A DNA stretch of 62,997 bases, the filler included, from Reclinomonas americana ATCC 50394 (Eukaryota): NCBI GenBank assembly GCA_048213135.1. It is 12 parts of 6 records of this genome, joined end to end, with 100 filler letters (N's around TTAATTAATTAA, not from the genome) between each part and the next. Parts side by side here need not be neighbours in the genome. Positions count along the whole stretch, not along the records: positions 18,531 to 22,316 come from PS015683.1; positions 22,417 to 27,893 come from PS015684.1; positions 27,994 to 35,742 come from PS015684.1; positions 35,843 to 44,503 come from PS015685.1; 8 more parts are not named here. One strand, given 5' to 3'. A program made the translations under genes and the position numbers. This document shows positions 21,017 to 38,816 of the stretch, piece after piece; position 1 is the stretch's first letter, and every line of letters begins with the position of its first letter. The notes beneath the pieces are model-generated. The model searched no databases. It was given only the letters and a program-made list of their open reading frames with translations, and was not told the DNA's origin.

Positions 21017-22316
21017 ATGCGACGCGCCACTCCGACTTCGGCGACGCGTACTTTGGCGCCCACACTATCACCGGGCTCGACCACCTCGTCACTGGCCTCC
21101 TCGTCCTCGGCGGTCTCCTCAAGCGCCGAGACTGCAGTGGCCTGGTCAGCCGTCAAGATCATGCCTGCACCCGCGACGGCGACGTCGTCGACACGACAGT
21201 TGCTGTGCACCAAGGCCGAGCCTGTCCCACGACGCCGACAGCTGCAGCAAGCAGAGCAGCAGCAACAGCAGCAGAGACTACGACAGTTGCAGCAGCAACA
21301 GCAACAGAGGCATGCGACGGATGAGGACGCGACAATGTGGTCTCTGTCGCCCATGTCGTCTGTCATGTCGAGTCCCGGCAGCCTGACCATGCAGAGCCTG
21401 TCGATGCCGTCGTCGCCGGCTGCGATGCTGGCCAGCATTGGAACGTCGGCGATTGGCAGTGCGAGAGGGAGGGCAGAGCAGCATCCGGTGTTGGACATTG
21501 CCGCGGTGAGCTTGATGGGCGGAATCGGCGACGAGGACGGTATTATCTATGGGGACGATGACTTGTACGACGATGGGTTGATGCATGGCGATGCCTTGTC
21601 AGAGGTGAGAGAGAGAGAGACCGACGCAGATTATTCCGTGCACGAGCTGACTTTGTAGCGGCGCGCAGTTCCTGTCGCCTCATGGCGGACCACTGGACGC
21701 CACCAGTCCGGCCACTGCCACTGTTGTCGGTGAGAAGCAACGATCGACGACCACGTCTGTGTCGCCGTCCATGTCGGCCACTGGCCAGACGCCGGCCAAG
21801 ATGTCGTCGTCGTCCAGTGCCGGCGACTACGACACGATCCCGTCATCCGCGAGGTCGTCGCTCTTTGACATGTACGACAACTCACCGCGAATGGCGCCAC
21901 CGCCTGCTGCCGCTCCTGCGCCGGTCGATGAGGAGGTGGTGGTGGAGGCAACGCTGTCGTTCCGCAATCGCGTGGAGGAACCCAAGGACCTGGCGCCGCT
22001 GGTGACTCCGCGCATCAGCTCGCCGCAGGAGATCATCAAGCCGGCGGCGACTGTGGCGCGTCCACCGCAGCCCGACAACACCACGCCCACTCTGCAATTG
22101 CCGCAGGAGCCGCCGGCGCCATTGCGCTCGGTGCCCACTGACGCGCTGGAAGCACCGACACCGAATGTGGCCGCGCCGCCGCCCGATCGCATGTTCTACT
22201 ACTCCTCCACCTCGGGTCAGTTTGCCGCGCGGCCGCCATACGAGGTGAGCTCTACCGAGAACGCAGCATGCAAGCCACCTTCTTTCATCATCTCACATTT
22301 GCCTCTTCAGGTGCCT
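21017..22316 (+). CDS. 5' part of an unknown low-complexity Ser/Pro/Gln-rich protein; exons ~21017-21604, ~21669-22244, 22311-gap
   Basis: Long GC-rich ORFs joined in frame by GT-AG introns; poly-Q tract; no domain recognised. Confidence 0.55.
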
Positions 22317-22416
22317 NNNNNNNNNNNNNNNNNNNNNNNNNNNNNNNNNNNNNNNNNNNNTTAATTAATTAANNNNNNNNNNNNNNNNNNNNNNNNNNNN
22401 NNNNNNNNNNNNNNNN

Positions 22417-28329
<5,913 letters not shown>

Positions 28330-29655
28330 GCTTTCGATGGTGGCAAATAACGATCGCGCGAGCAATGGTGGTGACAATCGTGGATTTCCACTGCAGTACT
28401 GTTGGAATATCATGGTTTCATAAAGTGAAAATACGATCGGAGTCTTACACACTCCTCTTGTTTTTCACTTTCTTTCCTGTTGAGTTGGCATTACTGGTCA
28501 CGGCGACTGCGGTCGTTTTGGCTTCTACGTTATCTGCTTTTGCATTATCTTCACTACTGGAAGTTTTGTCTCTCACGCTCGGGTCTTGCTTTAACCGAGG
28601 CTCGAAAAGAAACCAAGTGAACTCCCGTCATTGTGTTGACTCTGATCGTTCACTGTTGAAATCGAAGGCAGCAGGCACGGACTCGAATCGAATTCATAAA
28701 GCGCGCTCGGAGCTCGAGCTTCGAACAGCAACAACAAATTCATTCACCAACTAACAAGCAACAGCCGTCTTGATGACCAAGTTCAACAACAACAACAACA
28801 ATTCATTCACCAACAAACAAGCAACAACCGTATCCAAAACATCAACACAGACACCAACTTGAGGCAGCAGCAGGTTCCTTGTGTGTGTGTGTGTTCGCTC
28901 TTGGAGCTCCGAACAAGTCGAGAACTGCGATCACCGCATAAGCGTGGTTGACCAGTGGATTTGACGCACTTGCATAGCGTTTTCTGCGATAGTACACGGC
29001 TCATCGAAATTCGGGAAAAGGCCATAAGCCAGGCAAACAACAGCAAAGCCGGGTCCGGATCCGTGAAGCAGGCAAAGCAAAACAATTACTTGTCCAACAA
29101 TTATCTTCCCTGCAAGAGGCAAAGCAGGTACAAACGCGTGCAATTGGCCTCGAGAGGATTTCGTGGCGCAAGTATTGTATCAGCGGCTTACGTCGACGCT
29201 GAACTCGTTGAAGCTGGGTGCTGCAGTAGCGACGCGATGGTTCTAGTTGCCTCGAGGCTGCGGCGCGTGCCGCTGCTGCGGGTACCGGTGGGAGCTCGAG
29301 ATATCGATTGTTTGCGCATGCTGGCAGTTGGTTCTGGTTTTGAGCCTGGTTGTCACCAGCACAGCGGAAAGCGAACATCGCATGGTCCGCCCGCAGGATC
29401 TCCACGCAGCATCTGTCCGCCAGACACAAAGCTGCCCGGATCGCCCTCTCTCCGAAATCCATGACCAATCCAATCAATCGACATGTCGACACTTTGCAAA
29501 CGAACACTCTGCGTTCAACGCGGTGCTGCAGCAGCAGGTGCACCTGCCACCTCTCTCTCTCTCTCACTCCACACCCGCTCTCCTCGCTCGCTCACTTCTC
29601 CACCTCTCAGATCTCGCAGTGTATCAAGCACTGCTGGATTTAGCCACACAACAAC

Positions 29656-30526
29656 ATGGGCCTCGACAGTGAACGACTGGTCGCGCCAGTCGATGAAGTG
29701 AGTTGACACACACACATATACACACCTCCCACGTACAGGCAGTGTGCGAGAAAAAAGAGAGAAAGAGAGAGTTGCAGTTGTGTCCTATATTTGGCCACCA
29801 CCACCCGCCACTCACATTTTTTGCGAAAGGATTTCATGTGCTGCGTCTGCAAAGGCGTGCTGCAACCGGATACCACTCGTGTGTGCCCGCACTGTGAGCA
29901 CATGTACGACGAGGCGTGTGTCAATGCATGGTGAGCGCGAAATGATTGAAGGAGAAATCCGACAACTTGCTGACAGGTTGTGTTTTTTTAGGCTCGCGAA
30001 TCACAACACTTGCCCGCTGTGTCGAGAGCGGCTGACCAAGGACCGATGTTGCGCGTCTCTCACTGGCCTTGTGTCTCCTTTTCTTCTCTGCCTCTGTTGT
30101 GCACTCGCTCACACTCTTCCGCTTTCGAGTCGATCTCTCTCCTCTCCTCTCTCTGCCCGCCAGCTGCCTAGCCCCCCCTGTGGTCGATACCTTGTTGGTC
30201 CTTGTCCTTACCCTCATCATAACCCCGTTGCCCATGTCTCTTCCTGTGATCGCTTTTAATCACTCCCGTAATTCATTTGTCTCGCCCTCCTGACCTAGTC
30301 CTCCTCTCATCCTTCTCCCTTTCCCTTCCCCTTGTACCTCCCCCTTCCTCACCCTCCCCCCTTTCCCTCCTCCCCTCCTCCAGTGGTCCTCCCACAACGC
30401 GCCATCCGCCAAGTCCTCTGCAAAGTCCAAGTCTTCTGCGTGTTCCGCGAGGAGGGCTGCGCCAAGCAAGTCTCCCTCGGCGACGTGCAGGCCCATGAGA
30501 GCGCGTGCGAGGTATGCTCTCCCTTT

Positions 30527-30557
<31 letters not shown>

Positions 30558-32140
30558 TTGCACCCTCACCTCACTTCCTCTAAATAGTTCCGACCCATCA
30601 CCTGCCCGCAATGCTCGGCCTCGATGCTCTCCTTCCAGCTCGACGCGCACGTGACTGACGAGTGCCCCGAGGGTCGCACGCAGTGCACGGGCGGCTGCGG
30701 GGCAGAGATGACGCGCCGCGAGCTGCTCTCGTCGCACTCGTGCGTGGAGACGCTGCTGGCCGTCAACCGTGAGCTGTCGACCGAGTTGCAGCGCGCACGG
30801 ACAGCGTTGCAGGCGGCGCGCGATCATCACGCCTCGGTGAAGCAGGTGCGCCGCGAGAAGCAGCAGGCGGAGGCGACGATGCGGGCGGAGCGAGCGACGC
30901 ACCGACGCACGGAGGAGGCGCTGCGGGAGGCGCGCGAGGAGGTGCAACGACTGCGTCGCCGAGTGGACGAGCTGGAGGGTGCGAGCTCGAGGAGGGCGGT
31001 GGAGGTTCCCGCGGCGAGTGCAGAGGAGGAGCCGCGCCCGGTGGTGGAGCCGGCTGACGAGGAGAACGAGGAGGAGGAACAGGAGGTGGTGGAGCAGGAG
31101 GAGGAAGATAGTGCTGCCAGTGGCAGCGGAAGCGGAAGCGGCAGTGGTGCCGCAGCAGTGAGCCTGGTGGCCGGTGCAGGCAGCGCCGAACATGCGGCGC
31201 TCATTCTTGCCCGCTTGCATGAACTGCAGGTAAGGAATCGCATCATCCCAGCCCCTCTCTCTCTCTCTCTCTCTCTCGTTCTCTCTGTCTCTCCACACCG
31301 CACCTTGTTGCTTCCCCGTATTATTCTTTCGTCGTTCGCGATGCAATCACTCTCTCGGAAGAAGCGGACAGAGCGATTGTTTGCCAATCATTCTCTTGGT
31401 GTCGCTCCTGATGGTGTCGAGTGCTTTTATTTCTTCTGCTCGTATCGCGTCACGACGTGTTCGCGTCGATTCCCTCTGCTCCCCGTCCACCACGGTGGTG
31501 GACCGTTGTGCGCTCCATTGGGCCGCGCTGCTCATTCGTCCCCTGTCGTCTCCGATATTCGATTTTTGATTTGATTGGCCACTCTCTCTCTTCACTCTCT
31601 TCACTCTCACTCACTCTCACCATGCTAATCACGCTCGCGCGGCGGTTGTGGAGGAGCACGTTGCACGCGTGATTATACTGAGCAGATATACTGCGGCATC
31701 GCGCAGTCTTCGCCACGTTCCTCTTCCGCGTGATGCCTTTTTATGTGCGAATTGAATGTTCTCTCCTTTCGCAACGGTCGAATGTTCACTCTCGCTCTCT
31801 CGCTCTCTCGCTCTCTCCTCTCTCCCCTCTCTCCCTCCGTCTGCTGTGCACTCCTGCACCGAAGCGTGGCGTCCGTGATTAGTACGTGATGCACGCGCCG
31901 CCCGCGCCAGTGGTGGCACGGTGCTCACCAATGTGCCCGTATTTCGCTCTCACTCCGCCCGGTTTTTTTCGCGATGCGCAGGTGGCCGAGGCCATTGTGA
32001 CGGAGCAGCGTCTGGGCGCGCGCGCAGTGGAGCGGCAGGTGCACGTGGACGTGCAGCGCAGCGATCTCACACGCAGTTTCCGTCAACCCAAGCACTCACT
32101 GCCGGGTCGCCAACAAGCAGGTCGTCGTCGTGTTTGAGTG
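29656..32140 (+). CDS. RING + TRAF-type zinc fingers + coiled coil E3 ligase (RNF41/RNF151/TRAF-like N-terminus); exons after 31229 tentative
   Basis: MGLDSERLVAPVDE-DFMCCVCKGVL..CEHMYDEACVNAWLANHNTCPLCR; CVFREEGC..AHESAC; CPQC..HVTDECPE; CTGGC..HSC; coiled coil; acidic stretch. Confidence 0.82.
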
Positions 32141-32922
32141 AGGCGAGGCTTACTTTTTTTTCGTTGTCGGTAGACAGCAACAAGTAACACAATGTATCAA
32201 AAGGTTCTTTGGTGACGTGCGGCGATGTGATGCGCCTCATTCCGGGCGCCGCTGCGCAGTGGACCATCTAATTGTGCACAAAGAATTTCCAGATGCTCTC
32301 CTCCGGCATGAATGATTTGTGCTATCGCCGAAGACGGCAGTGAGTGAGCTGCTCAGTGCACCACACCAGGCGAACACCACACGGATGCCCTCTTGTGCGT
32401 TCTGCTGGTCGTTGTTCCCCAGCGCATGGCAAGCGTGTGCCGCATCTGCTGGCGATCCAACATGTCCAGTTTATGTGCTATCGCAAATTATTGCAATTGT
32501 CTCGTCCTCCTTCCCGCCCCCTGTCGCCCCCGCGTCTGCGTCACTGCACCAGTGGCACAGGCGTGAAAAGCGAGGCGAGGCGCCGGTCGACTCAACCAGC
32601 TTTTCCCTCTTTGCGCGTTAGATTCGAATCCGACACGATTGTTCTTTTGCAGATGCGCACACTTGCGGGAGGAAGAAGAAAAGAGACACAACTGCCACGG
32701 CCGTTGCACCGCACCTTTCTCCTTGTTTCTCTTCCTGCACATCGCACGCCATCAGTCGCCGGCGAGTGCACGCCTTTGAGCGGATGCCCGATGATCGGCG
32801 AAAAGCGCGCGCAATGAGCCTCAATCGATTTTGACAACTCCATCGCCGAAAATATTCGATTCTTTTCGCCTTTCGAATTCGATTGCTTTTATTTTTTTCG
32901 CAAGCCCTTGAGAGCAGAGACC

Positions 32923-33380
32923 ATGACGTTCCCACCGTGCATCCGAAAGGCCCACGCGCAGGCCAAGGCCAACGCGGCCACACGACACTGGGCATCGCAC
33001 GCGCGTCCTCCATTGACAATCAGCGCGCGTCGATTGGTGTTTGACAACAGCGGCAACAGTGACGACGATCAGGACATGAGGGAAGAGGTACGCCAGGCGA
33101 TCCTCACTGCATGGTGTCGATCAGGCGTGTGATCGCTGACTGCTCTCTTTTTGTGCCGCAGAGGAACCCGTTCAGTGTGGCGTGCCACTTGACGGCCTCG
33201 TCGACGCATGCGCCTCACCACATGTTTGGCCACGGATCTTCGTCATCGTCATCATCGTCTGCTGCATCAGCTGCACCACCATCGCATGGGTCGTCTGCTG
33301 CATCAGCTGCCTCTGGCAAGATGAGCAATGGAGCGGCGAGGGCAGCGGAGCAGCAGCAACAGCGCGTCTCGTCGTGTTAA
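32923..33380 (+). CDS. Small two-exon hypothetical protein (32923-33087, 33162-33380)
   Basis: ATG, then GAG|GTACGC donor, CTGAC branch, CCGCAG acceptor in phase 0, TAA stop; ~127 aa, Ser/Ala-rich. Confidence 0.5.
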
Positions 33381-33625
33381 TAGTGTGAGTGTGTACAGTG
33401 TCTGTCATCCGTGCGTTTTTTCTTTATATGCGTTTCTATTCTTTTTGAATGGCGATGAGCCTGTCGCGCGCGGTGCGTTTGGAGCGCCTGCTGCGTGTGT
33501 ACCGTCGTCCCCGTGTTGTTTTGTTGTTTGGTGTTGTTAGTAATGTAAGAGAGAATCGGTGTATTGCTGAGCTTGGCAGGAGAGTACATTCTTCTTCGTC
33601 ATTGCGTCATCGCGTCATCGCGTCA

Positions 33626-36600
33626 TCATCGCATCAAGAGCACCGTGGAGACATCGGTGGTGCCGGCGGGCATCTCGCGAGCGACGATCGACGCGACGAA
33701 CACGGCCAGGCAGGGCACCACCGCAAAACGACCTGCATCATGCAGGCGCGAAGGTTAGTGACGTTGTGGCGGCCACTCTCTGCTTCACACACACACAACG
33801 CGTGTGGTGTGTGGCAGCGACAACTCACCGAGCATGGCGGCCAGACAGATGGAGATGAGGCCGGCGCCACTGTGTGCGGCCACATGGGTCCACAACTGGG
33901 CACCGCTGGACACACTGCATTGATATTCGCCGACGTCAGCAAACGGGAGGCACACGCCCAGATCGCGCCAAACACAGTGCGGACGCGAGAATCTTGTACA
34001 AGGGGAGAGACGTGCAACGCGTGCAGTGGGCGCGTCACGATTTCAACGGCTAGAGACGCGCGCGCGCACGCACGCGGGCGAGTAGGAGTGGCCGCCACAG
34101 CAGCAGCAGCAGCAGAACGAAAGAAGATCAGCTATCAGAGCAGTACTACTGGCGTCGTGGAACACAGCTGGAAGCGAACGCCCCTCGGGCACACAACAAT
34201 CACAGACCGGGTGTCAGACAGGAGTGTGTGTGTGAAAACTCGCTAACTAGACAACTGACACACAGTTTGCAGACAGGAGTGAGGCAAGTGGCGGTGCTCG
34301 TATCCACAAAAAAGGAAGAGATGAATCTCGAAACACCACACGCAGGCACAGTAAGGAGGAGAATCAGCGGCGGCGGCTGCCAGCCACGAGGCGTGCCACC
34401 ACCCGGAGTTTTGTTGGCGGCCATTTCCCGCGCTCGCTTACCTTGCTCCCGGCGACAGCACGTAAAACGGGATCACAACCGTGGGTACGCACATCAGCAG
34501 CGTGCCAACGAGGGACCGCACGGAGCCCATCAGTACGCCACGCAGGCGGCTGCGTTGCACGGCATTGGCTGCCGCGTTGTGCATCACCACGCGAAGGTAA
34601 CCGCGGAAGGCGCCCCACGGCAGCGCGACCATGGCGGTCAGTGACAAGAGGCTAACAACGTTGAAGATGAAGAGGCGATGCTCGACCCACGACAGCGCCG
34701 GCAGCGCGGTGCCTGATTGATGAAAATGACGTTTAGCAATTCGACACTGACAAGGTCATGAACAGTACTCTTCTTCCCGCGCACCATCACGCTTGGCGCC
34801 GGCAATGTTGTTAAAGTGCGACACAGCGTACGAGAGTACCTCGCCATTCACCGGCAGCCGTGGCTTGACAGCGGGGTCACAACACCGTGCGATCTCGTCC
34901 AAATATCTCGCTGTCGGCACCGCCTGGTTGACCAGTGCGGTGATGCCATTTGCTGGTGGCAGGGTGCGGAGGCATGAGTGGGACGAATGAGGGAGGCGAG
35001 AGGCGAGAGGCGAGGGATGAGAAAGTACCGAAGAACGCCAGATTGTCGACAAAGCCGACGCTGTAGTTGTGCACCGAGTCGTCGCTGTACTCGGACTTGG
35101 AGTGCGCGTGCTCGAGTGGCAGCAGGCGGAGTGCCTGCTCCAGCACGGAAACGGGGAGGAAGGAAGAGCGTGATTCTGAGGGAGGAGAGGGTGAGGGAGA
35201 GAGGGAGAGAGAAAAAGGAAAAGGAGTGCGACGCAACGGTGATTGGTGAGGGATTCCATGAGGCGCCAAGCGGCGACGTAGGTGGGGCGGTCAAAGGAGA
35301 CGAGGGAGCGTACAATGGCGCTGGTGTTGACGTGTTCCCACACGACGCGGGCGTCGGTGGCTAGAGAGGGGGAGGGGGGAGGGAAGGGGGGAAGGGGGAG
35401 GGGAAGGGGAGAGGGGAGAGGGGGAAAGGGGAAGGGGGAAGGGGGAAGGGGGGAAGGGGGGAAGGGGGGAAGGGGGGAAGCGGGGAAGGGGGGAAGAGGG
35501 TGAGAGAGGGGAGGAGAGGGGAAGGAGAAGAGGAGAGGAGAAGGGGAAGGAGAGGGGAAGGAGAAGGGGAAAGAGAAGGGAAGGAGAAGGGAAGGAGAAG
35601 GGGAAGGAGAAGGGAAGGAGAAGGGAAGGAGAAGGGGAAGGAGAGGGCGGGAGGCGAAGGGGAAGGAGATGGGAAGGGAGGGAAGGAGAGGGAAGGAGAG
35701 GGAAGGAGAGGGAAGGAGAGGGAAGGAGAGGGAAGGAGAGGGNNNNNNNNNNNNNNNNNNNNNNNNNNNNNNNNNNNNNNNNNNNNTTAATTAATTAANN
35801 NNNNNNNNNNNNNNNNNNNNNNNNNNNNNNNNNNNNNNNNNNGGGGAAGGAGAGGAGAAGGAGAAGGGGAAGGAAAGGGGAAGGAGAAGGGGAAGGAGAG
35901 CAAATGAAGCCTTGCAAGACTGAGAAGATGGAGCCAGCAACCGAGCGACACAACGAGCACTTGGTCTTTCTGCCCCACTGTCTCCCTCCTCCCACTCACC
36001 CTTCTGACACAACACCACCAAGAAATTCAGCGCTCCTGCCCTCGCCGCCGGATCCAGCGAATCGAGCGAAGCATTCACCACACGGAACGTGGAGGCCAGT
36101 GATTTAGGGGCCAGCAAAATGTGCCGTGCTTGCACTGTGCGCACGCGCGCGATGAGTGGGGGAGCTTGCTCTTCCTAACAAAGGGGGCGTGCAAGCAACT
36201 GCGCTCGGCGGCCGAGGCCAACTCGGCCCAGTCCTCCGACATGAAACTGACGGGATGATGGCTGTCCGCATCTCCTTTCGCGTCCGCGGTGGCCGCGGAC
36301 AGCGGCACAACAGATTCGGCCAACTGCGCCGAGTTCCACACGGGGAAATTGATGCCTGTCGATGGTGGTGTCTGCTCCTTCTGTTGCTGCTGCTGCTGTT
36401 GTTGTTGTTCGCGTTCCTGCCGAGCCTTCTCCGCACTACTCAGACTCGTTTCGTGGCGGTGCTGAATGGCGATGCGACGCAGCAGTAGCTCGAGTCGTTT
36501 TCGCTCTGGAGATGTCACAAGAGGAAGACGGGGAAGAGGGAGAGAGGCATGAGAAAAAGACAGGGAGTGAGAGGACAACTGACATGGAGAGTCAGATAGA

Positions 36601-37895
36601 AGGCAGCAAAGGCCAGAGTATGGCAACGAAAGGAAGCGCAAGGCCAAGGCAGAGCGGGCGAGACAAAGCGCGTGAGGAGTTAGATAGCAGACAGCACTGT
36701 GTCACAGAGTACAGCAACGAAAGGAAGCGCAAGGTAGGGTGGGTGAGACAGAGCGCGTGAGGGGAGTTAGATAGCAGACAGCACTGTGTCACAGAGTACA
36801 GGAACGAAAGAAAGCGCAAAGTAGGGTGGGCGAGACAGAGCGTGTGAGGGGAGTCAGATAGAGGGCAGCAATGTGTCAGAGTACAGCAACGAAAGGAAGC
36901 GCAAGGTAGGGTGGGCGAGACAGAGCGCGTGAGAAAATATAAATCGGAGTCTCTCAGAGAGTGAGCAGCACAAACGAACCACAGAAGAAGGACTGAAAGA
37001 GCGGCGGGTGAGACAAACAGGCGAACATAATACAGACAGCAGGAAGAGTGAGCGAGAGGGAGGGACAGAATGCAAAGAAAGGAATAGGGAAGACCCAGCA
37101 ACGAACAGAGAAACGCAACTGGCCGCCTCATGCTCATCATACACCAAATACCCGCAGAATCCCAGCCACGACAGCGGCAACGTGAGTCGCAACACGCGGT
37201 CTACATCCCAGTCAGCATTGACACCGAGAGGATACAGCTCTTAACGAGACACAACTGAGCACAGTTCCGGCATTGGCGGCAAACCACGACGACGACGAGG
37301 AAGAAGACTGAGGCCGATGGACGGATTTCGGAGAGTTGGGAGAGATGCGAGCACGAGTCGACGATCCAACGCCCACTCTGCCACGCAATGTATTGATGAG
37401 GACCGTGTGCAGAAACCGAACACGGGGTGCGAGTGAGAGAGAGGGGAGAGAGAGAGAGTGTGTGTGTGTGTGCGTGTGTGTGTGTGTGTGTGCCTGATTA
37501 ATCGAACACTCTCACTCTTTCTCTCTCTCTCACACACACACTCTCTCTCTCACTCACACACACACTCACTCACTCTCTCTCGCACACTCTCTCTCACTCA
37601 CACACTCACTCACTCACTCGCTCTCTCTCTTTCTACTCTCTCTCTCTCTCTCACTCACTCACTCACTCACTCACTCACTCACTCTCCCTCCCCCTTCCCT
37701 CTCTCTCTCTCACCTAAACGCTCCCTGCAAACTCTCACTACTTGTGATCGAGGCTCCCACTGAAGCTCGTCCGCCTCTCGATCCCATCTGCACTCCTCCT
37801 CCTCCTCCATGTGTAGAAGAAGAGGAGGAGGCATCAGAGCGGGCGACAAAGCGCGCAACCCAGCGAGGGAGCAACGCTGCGCGCGAGAAGAGCAT
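33626..37895 (-). CDS. Unknown multi-exon membrane protein, possibly mitochondrial
   Basis: Phase-compatible exons: MLFSRAALLPRWVARFVARS; TM-like LTLPLSWLGFCGYLVY; helical middle region; C-terminal hydrophobic segments (LFIFNVVSLLSLTAMVALPWG, LVGTLLMCVPTVVIPFYVL, GAGLISICLAAMLGRFAVVPCLAVFVASIVA). Start and some exons uncertain. Confidence 0.6.
36587..36933. repeat. Intronic minisatellite, ~87 bp x 4
   Basis: GAGT(C/T)AGATAG..CAGCA..CAGAGTA..AACGAAAG(G/A)AAGCGCAA..GAGACA(G/A)AGCG.GTGAG repeated four times. Confidence 0.85.
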
Positions 37896-38321
37896 GCGCG
37901 CGGAAAAAAGTGCGGGACAAGCGTCTGCACAAAGCTGCAATTAGAGAGAGACCGGGAGGAGCGTTTTGCGAGAGTGTGCAAGAGGGTGGTGGAAGCACAG
38001 TGGAGCCTTGCGCTCAAGCTCTGTGCTTGGAGAAAAAGGTCGACGTTCGGTTTTGGACAACTTTCTCACAATGGCATGAGAGTCTGCCGGTGCCAGCAGC
38101 ATCCGCACAACGTACTCTAGTTGTTGGTGCTCGGAGAGCCTGCAACTCTGCGGAGAAGAGCTTTTTTTCTTGCAATGTTCGAATTCACGACATTAACGTC
38201 GCAACCTCGGCTTCAGGTTGCTGCTCCAGAAGGCTCCTTGTGGCAGCACAGCGTCGCGACAAGCACCTGCACATGAAAGCACATCATAGGACCTTACCAA
38301 AGAGGCTGAGACTCGAGTTTG

Positions 38322-38670
38322 CTCGAACGTCGCGGGCAAAACTCACTCACAAAAAGCACACAGTGCAGGGTACGAGCATTCCACCCAGCTCCCACTCTCT
38401 GTCTCTCGTTGTCTTTCCACATCCTTAGCACAGGACGCCTGCAAAAAGGTCAAGTTTGCATGCGCACGAACGTCGCCGACAACCAAAAAAGACGGAAGGA
38501 ACGCGCAACGCAGTGTACGAGCATTCCACCCAGCTGCACTCTCTCCCTGTCGTTGTCTCTCCTCGCACGCAGCACAGGACGCCTGCAAAGGTCAAGCGAA
38601 CGTCGCGGACAACACATTCACTCACCAAAAAAACAGGACACAAGCTCGCAACGAAGGGTACGCAACAGCA
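38322..38670. repeat. Degenerate ~135-145 bp tandem units (about 2.5 copies) between divergent genes
   Basis: CGAACGTCGC x3; GTACGAGCATTCCACCCAGCT x2; AGCACAGGACGCCTGCAAA..GGTCAAG x2. Confidence 0.8.
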
Positions 38671-38816
38671 CACACTGCACCCTCTCTCTGTGTGTCTCTC
38701 CCTCCACACACACGCACACACACGCTCATCGACTCCGACGTCTCCGACCATCTGACACCGACTTTGTCTCGTCTCTTTTGTGCGTTTGCGCAGTTGTGTA
38801 AAGCACACACGCACAC

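Noticed and set aside
21820..21890. YDTI/YDNS as SH2-docking phosphotyrosine sites
   Set aside because: Short motifs in low-complexity sequence, expected by chance, with no supporting domain.
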